Shown here: one piece after another, positions 9,870 through 19,260 of the stretch | How the letters are laid out: each line of letters starts with the position of its first letter | Position numbering within the stretch: position 1 is the first letter of the stretch | Notes under the pieces: model-generated | What the model saw: only the letters and a program-made list of their open reading frames with translations | Databases searched by the model: none | Told to the model about the DNA's origin: nothing | NCBI RefSeq assembly: GCF_900079115.1 | Contig: NZ_LT549890.1 | Location: 1,050,001-1,082,000 of the forward strand | Source of the DNA: Saccharolobus solfataricus | Lineage (GTDB): Archaea; Thermoproteota; Thermoprotei_A; Sulfolobales; Sulfolobaceae | Length of the DNA: 32,000 bases | Reading direction: 5' to 3' | Made by a program: the position numbers and the translations under genes

Positions 9870-10013
9870 TAGTCAGATCTGCGTATTACAGATCTGACTG
9901 GGGTTGAGGCCGTTGCTCTCCTTGGGCTTAGAGCTCGAGAGGGAGCTTGGCCTCCTCCAATTCGGACCGGAAGTTGGGCTTGAAGCCCGAATAAAACATA
10001 AGGGTGAGTATAC

Positions 10014-10607
10014 ATGGAGGCCCCAGTCGCCGGAATAGATGTTTCAAAAGATAAATTAGTAGTGTACTTCCAAGGTAAATACTATGAATTTCAAAATAAT
10101 AAGCAAGGTTTTGAAGGAGTAAAGCAAGTCTTGCCAAAGGGTTGCAAAGTTGCTATAGAAAGTACTGGAATTTACCACATCAACTTGGCTAAGTACTTGG
10201 GTAAGGAGTACGACGTGAGGATTATTAATCCCCTCGTACTCAAGAAGTTCAAGGACATTAGGGGTAAGAAGAGTGATAAGAATGACGCTAAAAAGCTCGC
10301 TGAACTAGTTATAAGTATGGGCAGTGAGTTTACAACGAGTGAGGCTAAGGAGTCAACAAGCCAATGGGATTTTATTACAAGGAGCATTGTTAGGGTTAAG
10401 AATAGGCTAAGGAGGGATTTAATACTTCTAGGCTATAAGGACAGTTTGTCCAAGAAGAACTTGAATGAGGTATTGAGGGGGGAGGATAATATAGTATTAT
10501 CTGAGGTTAGGTTCCTCTTGGACGAGTTGGAGAGGCTTAAGGTTAGGAAGAGGGAGATTGAGGAAGAGCTTGAGGATCTTGTTCCTAAGGATAGTTTGAT
10601 CTTCACT
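10014..10607 (+). pseudogene. IS110-family transposase, N-terminal (DEDD) fragment
   Basis: VAGIDVSKDKL, VAIESTGIYH, INPLVLKKF and KSDKNDAKKLAEL motifs. The ORF-track tail 10608-10646 reads into the ISC1048-like element. Confidence 0.8.
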
Positions 10608-10608
10608 A

Positions 10609-11655
10609 GTATTTCCGGAAAGTTCTTAGACTTCAATTTTATCTAATCCTAGGTATGTTATTGCATTAAGATTAAATCTATACTTATTTTCTTCAAAGAA
10701 CTGTTTAATACAGTTTTTAACGTCTTCTATCGTATAGAATATTTTATTGCTCATGTAGTTCTTGAGGGACTTGAAGACCGCCTCAGCCATATTAAGCTCA
10801 GGCGAGTAAGGAGGAGTAAACACGGGATGAATACCCTTCCTGCGACAAACCTCAAGCGTACCCTTAGTCTTGTGAGGAGAGTAATTATCCATGACCATGT
10901 AAACCCTACCACTACCCACACGCCTCTTAAAGTACCTCAAGAAATACTTAACGGATTCAGAGTTAGGCCTTTTAGCAAGAGAAACCACTACTTCGCCGGT
11001 CCAAGCGTTTATAGCTAGAATAACATAGATTGAGGAAAAACCTATATTGACGCGCATTACGGGCTTACTGCCAACCTTAGCTAGAACCTTCTTAATTGAC
11101 GTGCTAATTACTGTCCTACACTCGTCTAGAAAGAACAGTGCCTTTCTTTCCAATTTCTTTATTTTTTTTTTAAAATCTTCCCACTTGTCCTTTTCTGCTT
11201 GGATGTTGGTGGGTCTGGGTTTTACTAGGTTGTATCCTAGTTCGTGGACTAGTTCGTATAGTCTGGATTTCTTGTATTCTATTCCTTGTTCTTGTAGTGC
11301 TATCTTGAGTGTTTTCATTGTCCAATATTCTTGTTGTATTCCGTATTTTTGGGGCTTATCTTCCAGAATTTGTTTTATCTTTTCCTCTTCTACTTTTCTG
11401 GGTCTTCCTGATCTGGGCTTGTCCTTTAGTCCATCAAGACCTTCTTTCTTGTACTTGCCAATCCACAATTTTATCGTGGAATAGCCCTTGTTAAGCATTT
11501 TCGAAACTTCTTTCTCCGATTTACCATCAACTACGTGCAGCTTCACTGCAAGAATCCTCTCCTTAATTCTCGCGTTCTTCTCTTCCTTATAAGCTTGAAC
11601 CAAATCTTGCATAGTTCAATCTGGTAATACTAATCTATAAACTTTTCGGAAACAC
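10609..11655 (-). mobile_element. ISC1048-like IS630/Tc1-mariner-family element
   Basis: 1047 bp between TA dinucleotides (10607-10608 and 11656-11657). Terminal inverted repeats GTATTTCCGGAAAGTT and (reverse complement) GTGTTTCCGAAAAGTT. Intact transposase inside. Confidence 0.75.
10626..11612 (-). CDS. IS630-family DDE transposase (intact)
   Basis: N-terminal HTH (GYSTIKLWIGKYKKEG, RSGRPRK). DDE triad context FFLDEC, MVMDNYSPHKT and YSPELNMAE. 328 aa. Confidence 0.9.
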   Translation of the reverse strand: MQDLVQAYKEEKNARIKERILAVKLHVVDGKSEKEVSKMLNKGYSTIKLWIGKYKKEGLDGLKDKPRSGRPRKVEEEKIKQILEDKPQKYGIQQEYWTMKTLKIALQEQGIEYKKSRLYELVHELGYNLVKPRPTNIQAEKDKWEDFKKKIKKLERKALFFLDECRTVISTSIKKVLAKVGSKPVMRVNIGFSSIYVILAINAWTGEVVVSLAKRPNSESVKYFLRYFKRRVGSGRVYMVMDNYSPHKTKGTLEVCRRKGIHPVFTPPYSPELNMAEAVFKSLKNYMSNKIFYTIEDVKNCIKQFFEENKYRFNLNAITYLGLDKIEV

Positions 11656-11660
11656 TAACG

Positions 11661-12017
11661 ATTCCGGGTATTGGCAGAACGCTGGGTTGTATAATTTTAG
11701 CAAGAGTTGGTGATGTTAAGCGTTTTGGTAACAAGAAGAGGTTTGTCGCTTATTGTGGTCTCGATCCTCTTGTTGAATCCAGTGGGAAGAGTGTTGTATC
11801 GAGAGGCATATCTAGGAGGGGTGATGCTGTTTTGAGGAGGGCTTTCTATCTTGCAGCTTTAACTGCTATCAAGGTTAATCCTATTATCAAGCGTTTTTAT
11901 GAGGAGCACAAGGAGAATTTGAAGGGTAAGAAGTTGATTATTGCTTGTGCCAGGAAGCTTGCTGTTATTACTTGGGCTGTGCTGTATTATAATAAGCCCT
12001 TTGATGCTAGCGAGTAA
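11661..12017 (+). pseudogene. IS110-family transposase, C-terminal fragment
   Basis: IPGIGRTLGCIILARVGDVKRF...YCGLDPLVESSGKS...RGISRRGDAVLRRAFYLAA. Same frame modulo 3 as the N-terminal fragment. Confidence 0.8.
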
Positions 12018-12063
12018 AGCAGGTGACATCACTTGAATAAGTAGTGTGTACTATGCTCGATTT

Positions 12064-12151
12064 TCACTAGTATTTTGGAAAAGTTCTTAGACTATGATCT
12101 AGTGGTATATCCTCTGCCTAAAGCTATAAACTTTCTGAAAGCACTAACGTA
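12064..12151 (-). mobile_element. ISC1048-derived MITE, copy X' (inverted relative to X; core 12070-12144)
   Basis: Its reverse complement is 86/88 identical to 9660-9747, including 5 and 4 nt beyond the flanking TA dinucleotides. Confidence 0.65.
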
Positions 12152-13205
12152 CTTTGTTGATTTGTTCAATTTGTCTCATTAAAACGATATTGTATAACAC
12201 TAATTTTTCAGTAATTAATATTTATTTCAACGTTCCTCTCAAGCTTACACCCTAATGCCCGGAGCCCTACCGACTACAGAATTCGCCAAGTGAACCATCC
12301 ACGCGTAAGCCCAGAACTTGAGCTTAGCCTCAACTACTTGTCCAGCAAAACTTGTTGCCCTAACCGATTCCCCAAAAGTACGCTTCACCGCAGAGAACAA
12401 GGACTCGACCCTCCACCTAACGCCATAACCCTTCTCCTCCCTCCAACGATCATAACCCAACTTCCTAAACTCCCGCACAGCCTTACGTCTAGCAAGATGG
12501 CCCCTTTTAGTAGAAGCGTTCTTCTTGGGAGGAACTACAACCTCAACTCCGGTCTTGTAAACCTCATTGGCGTCATATGTCTTATCTCCATAAAACTTCT
12601 TGACCTTCTTTCCCTTATCTTGAAGATCCTTAACTGTTTTTACAGCGCTTTCAACCTCGTTGCTAGTGACCTCAGCGTTTATCACGTTGAATTCGTTATT
12701 GTCCATTACTATCTCGATCTTGAGGAATTTTGAATCCCTAGTCTTACCCCACTTGGCAACAATGTATTGTCCTCCCGTGTTTGTGCTAATGCCTGTAGCG
12801 TCTGCAATTACTTCAAGTTCGTCACTTGCCTCGGGGAAGGTTATTTTCATGTTCCTCACTCTCTTCCATATTGTTGAGTAATCGAGGCTTGTGGGGATGA
12901 TCTTCAATTGTTCTAAGGCTCTTAATACTCCTTCTATTGCTCTGTAAGGTAGGAAGATGTGGAGGAAGGCTAGGAATTCGTCGAACTCCTTCGGAGCTTT
13001 ATACTTTGTCCTAGCGTTCCTGTTCTCCTCTGCTAATAAGTCCCACCAATGTTCGAATACGTAGAAGGGGAACATCAACTTATATCTAGTAATGACGTTC
13101 TCGTCGTACTTGCTCCAGTCCCTCTTGTACTTACTCTTTCCCATAGGTAATACTTAAACGAATAATTTATAAACTTTTTGTACAATTCTGAAGCAATCCA
13201 CAAAG
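12152..13205 (-). mobile_element. ISC1058-like IS5-family element
   Basis: About 1054 bp. Imperfect terminal inverted repeats CTTTGTTGATTTGTTCAATTTGT and (reverse complement) CTTTGTGGATTGCTTCAGAATTGT. Intact transposase. No target duplication visible. Confidence 0.65.
12245..13144 (-). CDS. IS5-family DDE transposase (intact)
   Basis: VIADATGIS, FYGDKTYDA and RWRVESLFSAVKRTFG motifs, 299 aa. Confidence 0.85.
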   Translation of the reverse strand: MGKSKYKRDWSKYDENVITRYKLMFPFYVFEHWWDLLAEENRNARTKYKAPKEFDEFLAFLHIFLPYRAIEGVLRALEQLKIIPTSLDYSTIWKRVRNMKITFPEASDELEVIADATGISTNTGGQYIVAKWGKTRDSKFLKIEIVMDNNEFNVINAEVTSNEVESAVKTVKDLQDKGKKVKKFYGDKTYDANEVYKTGVEVVVPPKKNASTKRGHLARRKAVREFRKLGYDRWREEKGYGVRWRVESLFSAVKRTFGESVRATSFAGQVVEAKLKFWAYAWMVHLANSVVGRAPGIRV

Positions 13206-13772
13206 CAATTTTCACGGAAAGGTTTTTATACCGGAAGCTCCCTCTCAAGTTTGAATGTAAAAGCTAGGGTCTTCGACTCATGGTACGTGAACTCGAGGAC
13301 TCTCCAATGGAATACTGTGGGGGAACTCAAGTCCAGCGCGCGAGTCGTCGAGGGTGGCAGATCCGTGCCCGTTAGCGAGTTCCCCCAAGGGGAGTACCTG
13401 GTAGAGTACTTGGGTACTCCCATAAAGTTACTTGTTATAGATGATTATAAGGGTTACGGGAGGAGGTATTTCTTCTCCACCGACCTTAACGACACGGCTG
13501 AAGATATCATAACGACCTGGGAGAACCGTTGGGACATAGAGGTCTTGATCAGGGAGCTCAAGGCCTTGGGACTCGAGGGTGGGTCCTTCTTGACCTGGGT
13601 TAGGAACTCAGGCTTCGTGGCCTTGAAGGCTCTCTCCCTCCTCGTTGTTCAATACTTCAAGTACTCCACGGGTCTGATGCTCGGGGCCAAAAGGTTGGCC
13701 AGATTGATAAAAAGTATTTACCGTGAGGCGGGTGGGATCAAAAAACTGTTCAAGAGGAGGAGAAAACCGTAA
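13173..13772 (+). pseudogene. DDE transposase of the host IS, C-terminal fragment
   Basis: ARVFDSWY (second D) and WENRWDIEVLIRELK (E/K motif). The frame is open from 13173 and has no ATG; the ORF track starts at TTG 13251. Confidence 0.75.
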
Positions 13773-13779
13773 AGTGCTA

Positions 13780-14141
13780 ATGGTATTGTTGGATGGTTGA
13801 CGCTCTTCGGTAATTTCTACGCTGTGAGAAAATTAGATTTTGAAATTGCATTACGTGAGACTATTGGAGAGGGCAAGAAAATAATGCTGGAGGAATTTAA
13901 TCATTTCCTTTCAAATAAGGAAAATAAACAGTTATACTGTAATATAATGAACGTGCTTAAACTAGCTAGTAAGTGGAAAGATATTAAAAATGGTGTCGAG
14001 ATCAGAATGGGCAAAGTAGATGATAAAGTTTTCAGTAACGCGTTACAAAATTTAGTTAACTTTAACTTCGTTTCAAAAGTCGATGATGAGTATAAGATTG
14101 TTGATCTGATGTTAAAGGAAATAGATTTCAATAAGTGTTAA
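13780..14141 (+). pseudogene. Archaeal ATPase, C-terminal (DUF234 winged-helix) fragment
   Basis: (G)IVGWLTLFGNFYAVRKLDFEIALRETIGEGKKIMLEEF... follows the ATGGTAT repeat directly. The ORF track lists 13797-14141. Confidence 0.7.
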
Positions 14142-14157
14142 AAAAAGACAAGGAAAA

Positions 14158-15060
14158 TTACTTCTTAATTAGTCTTTTAATTTCCTCCCACATCTCGTCA
14201 ATCTCCTCTTGTATGCCCTTTATTTGTTCTTCAGTGAGCTGTTTAAATCTTCCTTGTAATTTTAAATACTCCGCTACTGGTTTCCTATTCTTCTTCTCAA
14301 CTAACGTCTTACTCACACTAGTTAGTTTAAATTCACCATTTTCTATTTCAAAGAGTGGCCAAACTCCAGTCTCAACTGCAAGTTTTGCAATATCGATAGT
14401 TAATTTAGAATCGAAACGCCAACCAGGTGGACATGGGGACAATAAGTGTATATATCTAAATCCTCGAATCTGTTTAGCTTTCCTCATCTTAGCTTCATAA
14501 TCATATATGTAAGCAATTGACGCAGTGGCAACATATGGTACTTTATGTTCTGCAATGATGAATGGTAAAGGCTTTTTAACCTCTCTCTTACCTTCAGGAG
14601 TTGTAGTAGTCCAAGCCCCCTTAGGAGTTAAGCCTGAACGCTGAATTCCAGTATTCATATAAGCTTCGTTATCATAGCATATGTAAAGGATATCCTCATT
14701 TCTCTCAGCAGCACCACTAACTGCGGCAAATCCTATATCACCAGTAGAACCATCACCAGCCCAAACAGCCACTATTGCGTCATTATCTCCCCTCATTCTT
14801 AGGGATCTAACAATCCCAGAACCTATTGCAGCAGCTGCTCCAAAGGCACTGTGAACTACTGGTACAGTTGAAGGCATCCCATTAGTATCTCCCATTATTA
14901 TCGTAGTACATGAAGCTGGAACTACTAGCACTGTCTTATTCCCTAAAACTTCTAGGGCTACGTCTAACTCTTTAGGTATTGGACAGCCTGGACAAGCAGC
15001 ATTTCCTCTGTAGAATTTAGGCATTCTCTTCGGTGTTACTTGACTACTCAAAACAGCCAC
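14158..15060 (-). CDS. 2-oxoacid:ferredoxin oxidoreductase, beta subunit (TPP-binding; POR/VOR type)
   Basis: CPGCP near the N terminus and TPP motif [12 protein letters not shown]...[10 protein letters not shown]. Overlaps the alpha gene by 13 nt. Confidence 0.85.
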   Translation of the reverse strand: MAVLSSQVTPKRMPKFYRGNAACPGCPIPKELDVALEVLGNKTVLVVPASCTTIIMGDTNGMPSTVPVVHSAFGAAAAIGSGIVRSLRMRGDNDAIVAVWAGDGSTGDIGFAAVSGAAERNEDILYICYDNEAYMNTGIQRSGLTPKGAWTTTTPEGKREVKKPLPFIIAEHKVPYVATASIAYIYDYEAKMRKAKQIRGFRYIHLLSPCPPGWRFDSKLTIDIAKLAVETGVWPLFEIENGEFKLTSVSKTLVEKKNRKPVAEYLKLQGRFKQLTEEQIKGIQEEIDEMWEEIKRLIKK

Positions 15061-16205
15061 CTCTCTTCTTCTAAATTATCGTTAATTAGGTCTTCAATTA
15101 CCTTTTGGAAATGACGTGGTCTGACGTCCTTCCCACCAATACCCGCTACTACACTATAAACTGGTACTCTATACCCATAAAGTGCAGCCTTTATCTCATT
15201 CACTAAGATGCCACCATAACCATATGAGTAAGCTCTATCGAAAACCACTACACCTTTCATTGACCTTAAATACTCCTCAACTTTCTCCTTTGGAAATGGT
15301 CTAAACACTCTGATTTTAAGCAACCCAGTCTTAACTCCACTATCCCTTAATCTATCAACCGCAGCTTTACCGTCACCACTCCAAGCACCCATGGTAACGA
15401 AAACGTATTTAGCATCTTCACATTTATAACACTCAACTAAACCATGCTGCTTCCTACCACTTATTCTTTCGTACTCACCCATTATTTCTTCAATAACTCC
15501 TTTTGCTCTCTCCATGGCTTTCATAGCCTCGTATCTATACTTGATATATTCCTCTGGAGTAGCAATTGGTCCAATAGCAATAGGGTCGGAAAAGTCAATT
15601 AGATTAAATTGCCTAGGCGGTAAAAAATTATCTACCTCATTATCCTCCAATACCTCAATTCTTTCCATTGTATGAGTTAATATGAAGCCGTCAAATCCCA
15701 TCATGACTGGTAAGATTACCCTCTCATCTTCTGAAATTCTAAAAGCTTGTATTGTCATATCGTAAGCTTCTTGCACGTTTTCTGCCATTATTTGAATCCA
15801 TATGGCGTCTCTTTTACTTACGAAATCTTGATGATCATCCCAAATACTCCATGGCTCAGCTATAGCTCTAGTTGCAACTGCAGCAACAATAGGAACTCTT
15901 TGACCTCCGGCCCAATATATCATTTCAGTCATGTATAGAAGTCCTTGAGAAGAAGTAGCAGTGAAAACTCTAGCACCAGCTAATGCTGCACCATAAATTG
16001 AAGCTAATGCTGAATGTTCGCTTTCAACCTTTATTAACTCAGCCTTTAATTCCTCCGAAGAAATATACTCAGAAAGTTTCTCCAACATTGTAGTTTGAGG
16101 AGTTATTGGGAATACTGCTAAAACTTTGGGTTTAGCTTGCTTAACAGCATAAGCAACTGCGTGATTACCGACTAAAGCTAGAACTTTCCTCTTTAAAACT
16201 TGCAT
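15048..16205 (-). CDS. 2-oxoacid:ferredoxin oxidoreductase, alpha subunit
   Basis: GNHAVAYAV...FPITPQT N-terminal signature, 385 aa, operon position. Confidence 0.85.
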   Translation of the reverse strand: MQVLKRKVLALVGNHAVAYAVKQAKPKVLAVFPITPQTTMLEKLSEYISSEELKAELIKVESEHSALASIYGAALAGARVFTATSSQGLLYMTEMIYWAGGQRVPIVAAVATRAIAEPWSIWDDHQDFVSKRDAIWIQIMAENVQEAYDMTIQAFRISEDERVILPVMMGFDGFILTHTMERIEVLEDNEVDNFLPPRQFNLIDFSDPIAIGPIATPEEYIKYRYEAMKAMERAKGVIEEIMGEYERISGRKQHGLVECYKCEDAKYVFVTMGAWSGDGKAAVDRLRDSGVKTGLLKIRVFRPFPKEKVEEYLRSMKGVVVFDRAYSYGYGGILVNEIKAALYGYRVPVYSVVAGIGGKDVRPRHFQKVIEDLINDNLEEERWLF

Positions 16206-16208
16206 TAT

Positions 16209-16475
16209 TTATTTCACCTCCCTAACCATATCTATAGCCTTAGGTGGGCAAACTTGTGCACAAACGCCACAACCTTTGCAGTAATCATAATCAATTTGAG
16301 GATATAGGTTCTCTAGGAGATCAATGGTATTTTCCAGACAATAAAGTACGCAAAGTCTGCATTTAGTACATTTATCGTAACTAATCACTGGTTTCTCTAC
16401 TCTCCATAATCCGGTTTTTCCAGCTGAACCTATCTTTGGCCTTGCAACTGGAACTCCTATTGGAACTTTAATCAA
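16209..16475 (-). CDS. 2-oxoacid:ferredoxin oxidoreductase, delta subunit (2x[4Fe-4S] ferredoxin)
   Basis: [11 protein letters not shown] and [12 protein letters not shown] cluster motifs, 88 aa. Confidence 0.85.
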   Translation of the reverse strand: MIKVPIGVPVARPKIGSAGKTGLWRVEKPVISYDKCTKCRLCVLYCLENTIDLLENLYPQIDYDYCKGCGVCAQVCPPKAIDMVREVK

Positions 16476-17040
16476 CCCTTTTCACCTCCTTATATCCTAT
16501 TTCAACTGCCTCTGCATTCAGTTCACCGATTTTTCCGGGAAATTCCTCCTTTACAGCCTCTTCCAATGAGTGTAAGGAAGGTTGGCCCAAGATTCTTGCT
16601 AAAGCCCCTATCATTGCTGTATTAACAATAGCCCATCCAGCTACTATTAGTCCTAATTCTTTAGCAATATTGGTAGCGTCAACTACATACTCATTCTTCC
16701 AAATTCTTTTAGGTGTATTTGTGTTCAATAGCAAGAACCCGTTTTCCTTAAGACCCTCCGTAACGTTAATTAGTTGGATCATTGATACATCAAATATTGC
16801 TACACCATCTGGATTGTAAACCTCTCTATGTAAGAGTATTGGCTTATCTGATAGTCTCACAAATGAAACAACTGGTGCTCCCCTCCTTTCTCCGCCGAAA
16901 AAGGGAATAGATTGGGCGTATTTGTCCTCTAAAACCATCGCCTTCGTCATAAGTTCTCCAGCGGTAACTATCCCTTGCCCACCTCTTCCTCTTAAAGCTA
17001 ATTCAATAAGAGTCATTTTGTCACAATTATAATATTCCAA
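16468..17040 (-). CDS. 2-oxoacid:ferredoxin oxidoreductase, gamma subunit
   Basis: [14 protein letters not shown] signature. Overlaps the delta gene by 8 nt. The true start may be the internal Met at 17016. Confidence 0.85.
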   Translation of the reverse strand: MEYYNCDKMTLIELALRGRGGQGIVTAGELMTKAMVLEDKYAQSIPFFGGERRGAPVVSFVRLSDKPILLHREVYNPDGVAIFDVSMIQLINVTEGLKENGFLLLNTNTPKRIWKNEYVVDATNIAKELGLIVAGWAIVNTAMIGALARILGQPSLHSLEEAVKEEFPGKIGELNAEAVEIGYKEVKRVD

Positions 17041-17193
17041 TTCATAGGAAAAAAAGTTGTCCCAAAAAGAAATATAATAAAGATATTTAACAGCGTTTAG
17101 TCAGATAATTTTTATATTCTGATTAAAATATGATATTATGATAGTATGAAATACGCGGAAAGATTTAATTAGTTAGTTTACGTAATAACTTTC

Positions 17194-19260
17194 ATGATAC
17201 AAGAGCATTTACCTCTTATAACTGGCAAAGGTAGTTATATAGATGATATTAATCCGAAGAATGTAGTTTACCTTCACATAATTAGATCTCCAATAGCTAG
17301 GGGTATAATAAAGAGTATATCCAAACCGGAAAGCGCACTCTTATCGTTAACATGGGAAGATGTGAAATTATACATGCCAGTGAGGCTATTTCCAGACCTA
17401 GCTAAAACTGCACAAGTTGCTAAAATGCCAGTATTGGCTGATGGTAGGGTCAACTTCGTAGGTCAACCAATTTTAGCATTTGTGGTTGAAGATAGGTACA
17501 GGACTGAGGACGTTGCAGAGGAAGTTTTAATTGATTATGACGAATTAAAGCCAGTAGTTGATCCTGAGGAATCCTTAAATGCGGATCCCATTCATCCAGG
17601 TTTAAAAAGTAACATCTCCATAGATCAACTTTTAGAAGGGGGAAACTTATCATTAAAAAATAAGGCTGAGGTTGTTGTAAGTAGGAAACTTAAGCAACAA
17701 AGGGTAGTTTCAAATCCAATGGAACCAAAAGGTTTCATCTGTTGGTGGGATAATGATATACTAAACGTTTACGTTTCCACACAAGCACCGTTTGGAGTAA
17801 AGAATGATCTAAGGGAAATTTTAGGTATTTCTCCAGAAAAGATAAGAGTTTATTCCGCGCCTAACGTAGGAGGAGGATTTGGGAATAAGAGTGGGGGATA
17901 CCCAGAATATGTCCTAGCAGCGATAGCTTCCTTGAAGCTTGGTAGGCCAGTTAAATGGATAGAAACTAGAAGTGAAATGCTAGTCAATACTCAATCCTTA
18001 GGTAGAGGGGAGGTATCAGATATGAGACTTTATGCTACCAAGGACGGTGAGATTTTAGGAATAGAAGGCACTATAATAGCAAATATAGGTGCTTTCGATT
18101 ACGGAATAGGCTTCATTGCTCCTTTATTTATTGCGAGACTATCTAATGGTCCCTATAAGATGAAATTCGCATCGATAAGAGCAATGGGAGTATTTACTAA
18201 CACTCCTCCAATGGGATTTTATAGGGGTGCTGGTAGACCAGAGGCTGCTTTAATTCATGAGACTTTGGTTGAGGATTTGGCTGAGGAGTTGGGTGTGGAT
18301 TCTGTTGAGATTAGGAGGAGGAATTTGATTGGTGATAATGGTTATGTTACTCCTTTGGGTGTTAGGATTGATCCTGCTGGTTATAATGAGGTGTTGAATG
18401 AGGCTGAGAAGTATTATAGGAAGGCTAAGGAGGTTTATAAGGACAAGGGAGTTTCAATAGTTACGTTCGCCGAGATAGTCAGAACTTCGCCAGGTGAAGG
18501 TGCTAGAGTTAAGATAGAAAACGGTAAAGTACATTTTTACTTGGGAATAGGTCCACATGGTCAAGCTTATGGTAGCACATTCAAGAGACTGGCATCTGAA
18601 GTACTAGGTATAAGTGAAGATAAAATAGAGATAACTACTGGTAGTTCTGAGATAGTTAAAGAGGGAATAGGTAGTTTCGGTTCTAGGGCAGGCACTATAG
18701 GAGGTTCTGCCGTGATAGCTGCTGCAACTGAATTACTCAAGAAGTTGAATACTAATTCTTTAAATGAGAGTGAACTAGTTAAGTATGAAGGTGTTGAGGC
18801 TGAAGTGTTCTATAAAGCTGATGATATCTTTGCCCCAGGAGCTCACGTAGCTGTAATTGATGTAGATAAGGAGACTGGATTTATTAGAGTTTTGGAGTAT
18901 TACGCTGTTGATGATGTTGGTAGAGCTATGAATAAGGAAGAGATAGAGGGACAAATAATTGGAAGTGTCCTACAAGGGGCATCACAAGTTATAATTGAAG
19001 CTATGAGATATGATGAGAGGGGAATCCCATTATGTTCCTCAATTGCAGATTGTGGAGTTCCAACAGCTTTGGAAGCTCCTTTAAAGGTAAAAACTGAGTA
19101 TATAGAGTATCCCTCTCAGCTTTTGTCCAGAAGTAGAGGTGTAGGAGAGGCCGGCACGACCGGCGCTTTACCAGCTGTTTTCATAGCAGTGGAAAAGGTT
19201 ACTAAAAAGAAGTTTGATAGAACCCCCGTAGATCCTTGGATATTAGTTTCCTCTACATAA
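17194..19260 (+). CDS. Molybdopterin hydroxylase large subunit (xanthine dehydrogenase/aldehyde oxidase family, non-form-I)
   Basis: GKGSYIDDI...IIRSPIARG N terminus, GGGFGNK, active-site loop GFYRGAGRPEA, GVGEAGTTGA near the C terminus. 688 aa. No adjacent small or medium subunit genes. Confidence 0.85.
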   Translation: MIQEHLPLITGKGSYIDDINPKNVVYLHIIRSPIARGIIKSISKPESALLSLTWEDVKLYMPVRLFPDLAKTAQVAKMPVLADGRVNFVGQPILAFVVEDRYRTEDVAEEVLIDYDELKPVVDPEESLNADPIHPGLKSNISIDQLLEGGNLSLKNKAEVVVSRKLKQQRVVSNPMEPKGFICWWDNDILNVYVSTQAPFGVKNDLREILGISPEKIRVYSAPNVGGGFGNKSGGYPEYVLAAIASLKLGRPVKWIETRSEMLVNTQSLGRGEVSDMRLYATKDGEILGIEGTIIANIGAFDYGIGFIAPLFIARLSNGPYKMKFASIRAMGVFTNTPPMGFYRGAGRPEAALIHETLVEDLAEELGVDSVEIRRRNLIGDNGYVTPLGVRIDPAGYNEVLNEAEKYYRKAKEVYKDKGVSIVTFAEIVRTSPGEGARVKIENGKVHFYLGIGPHGQAYGSTFKRLASEVLGISEDKIEITTGSSEIVKEGIGSFGSRAGTIGGSAVIAAATELLKKLNTNSLNESELVKYEGVEAEVFYKADDIFAPGAHVAVIDVDKETGFIRVLEYYAVDDVGRAMNKEEIEGQIIGSVLQGASQVIIEAMRYDERGIPLCSSIADCGVPTALEAPLKVKTEYIEYPSQLLSRSRGVGEAGTTGALPAVFIAVEKVTKKKFDRTPVDPWILVSST

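Larger units (their letters stand above)
9871..12063 (+). mobile_element. IS110-family element (ISC1190/ISC1229-like), interrupted; boundaries approximate
   Basis: Contains a split DEDD transposase. Its left end begins with a perfect 11-bp-stem palindrome, AGTCAGATCTG-CGTATTA-CAGATCTGACT (9871-9899). About 1.14 kb after subtracting the ISC1048-like insert. Confidence 0.6.
9168..13779 (+). mobile_element. IS4/IS701-like (ISC1225-like) element carrying nested insertions
   Basis: Flanked by the direct repeat ATGGTA(T) at 9162-9168 and 13780-13786. Imperfect terminal inverted repeats TAGCATTTATCGG and (reverse complement) TAGCACTTTACGG. Removing it joins the ATPase as ...KLDGI|VGWLTLFG. Own sequence is about 1.2 kb once the nested elements are subtracted. 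Confidence 0.7.

Noticed and set aside
9928-10137. 69-aa minus-strand ORF across the IS110 left end and transposase start
   Set aside because: It is antisense to the IS110 transposase N terminus and to the structured non-coding end, with no motifs.
12060-13215. 8-bp direct repeat ATTTTCAC at 12060-12067 and 13208-13215, bracketing MITE X' plus the ISC1058-like element, considered as a target duplication of a composite unit
   Set aside because: The repeats do not abut recognisable element termini: 5 extra nt lie on one side and 2 on the other. An 8-mer match in AT-rich DNA over these search windows is not improbable by chance.
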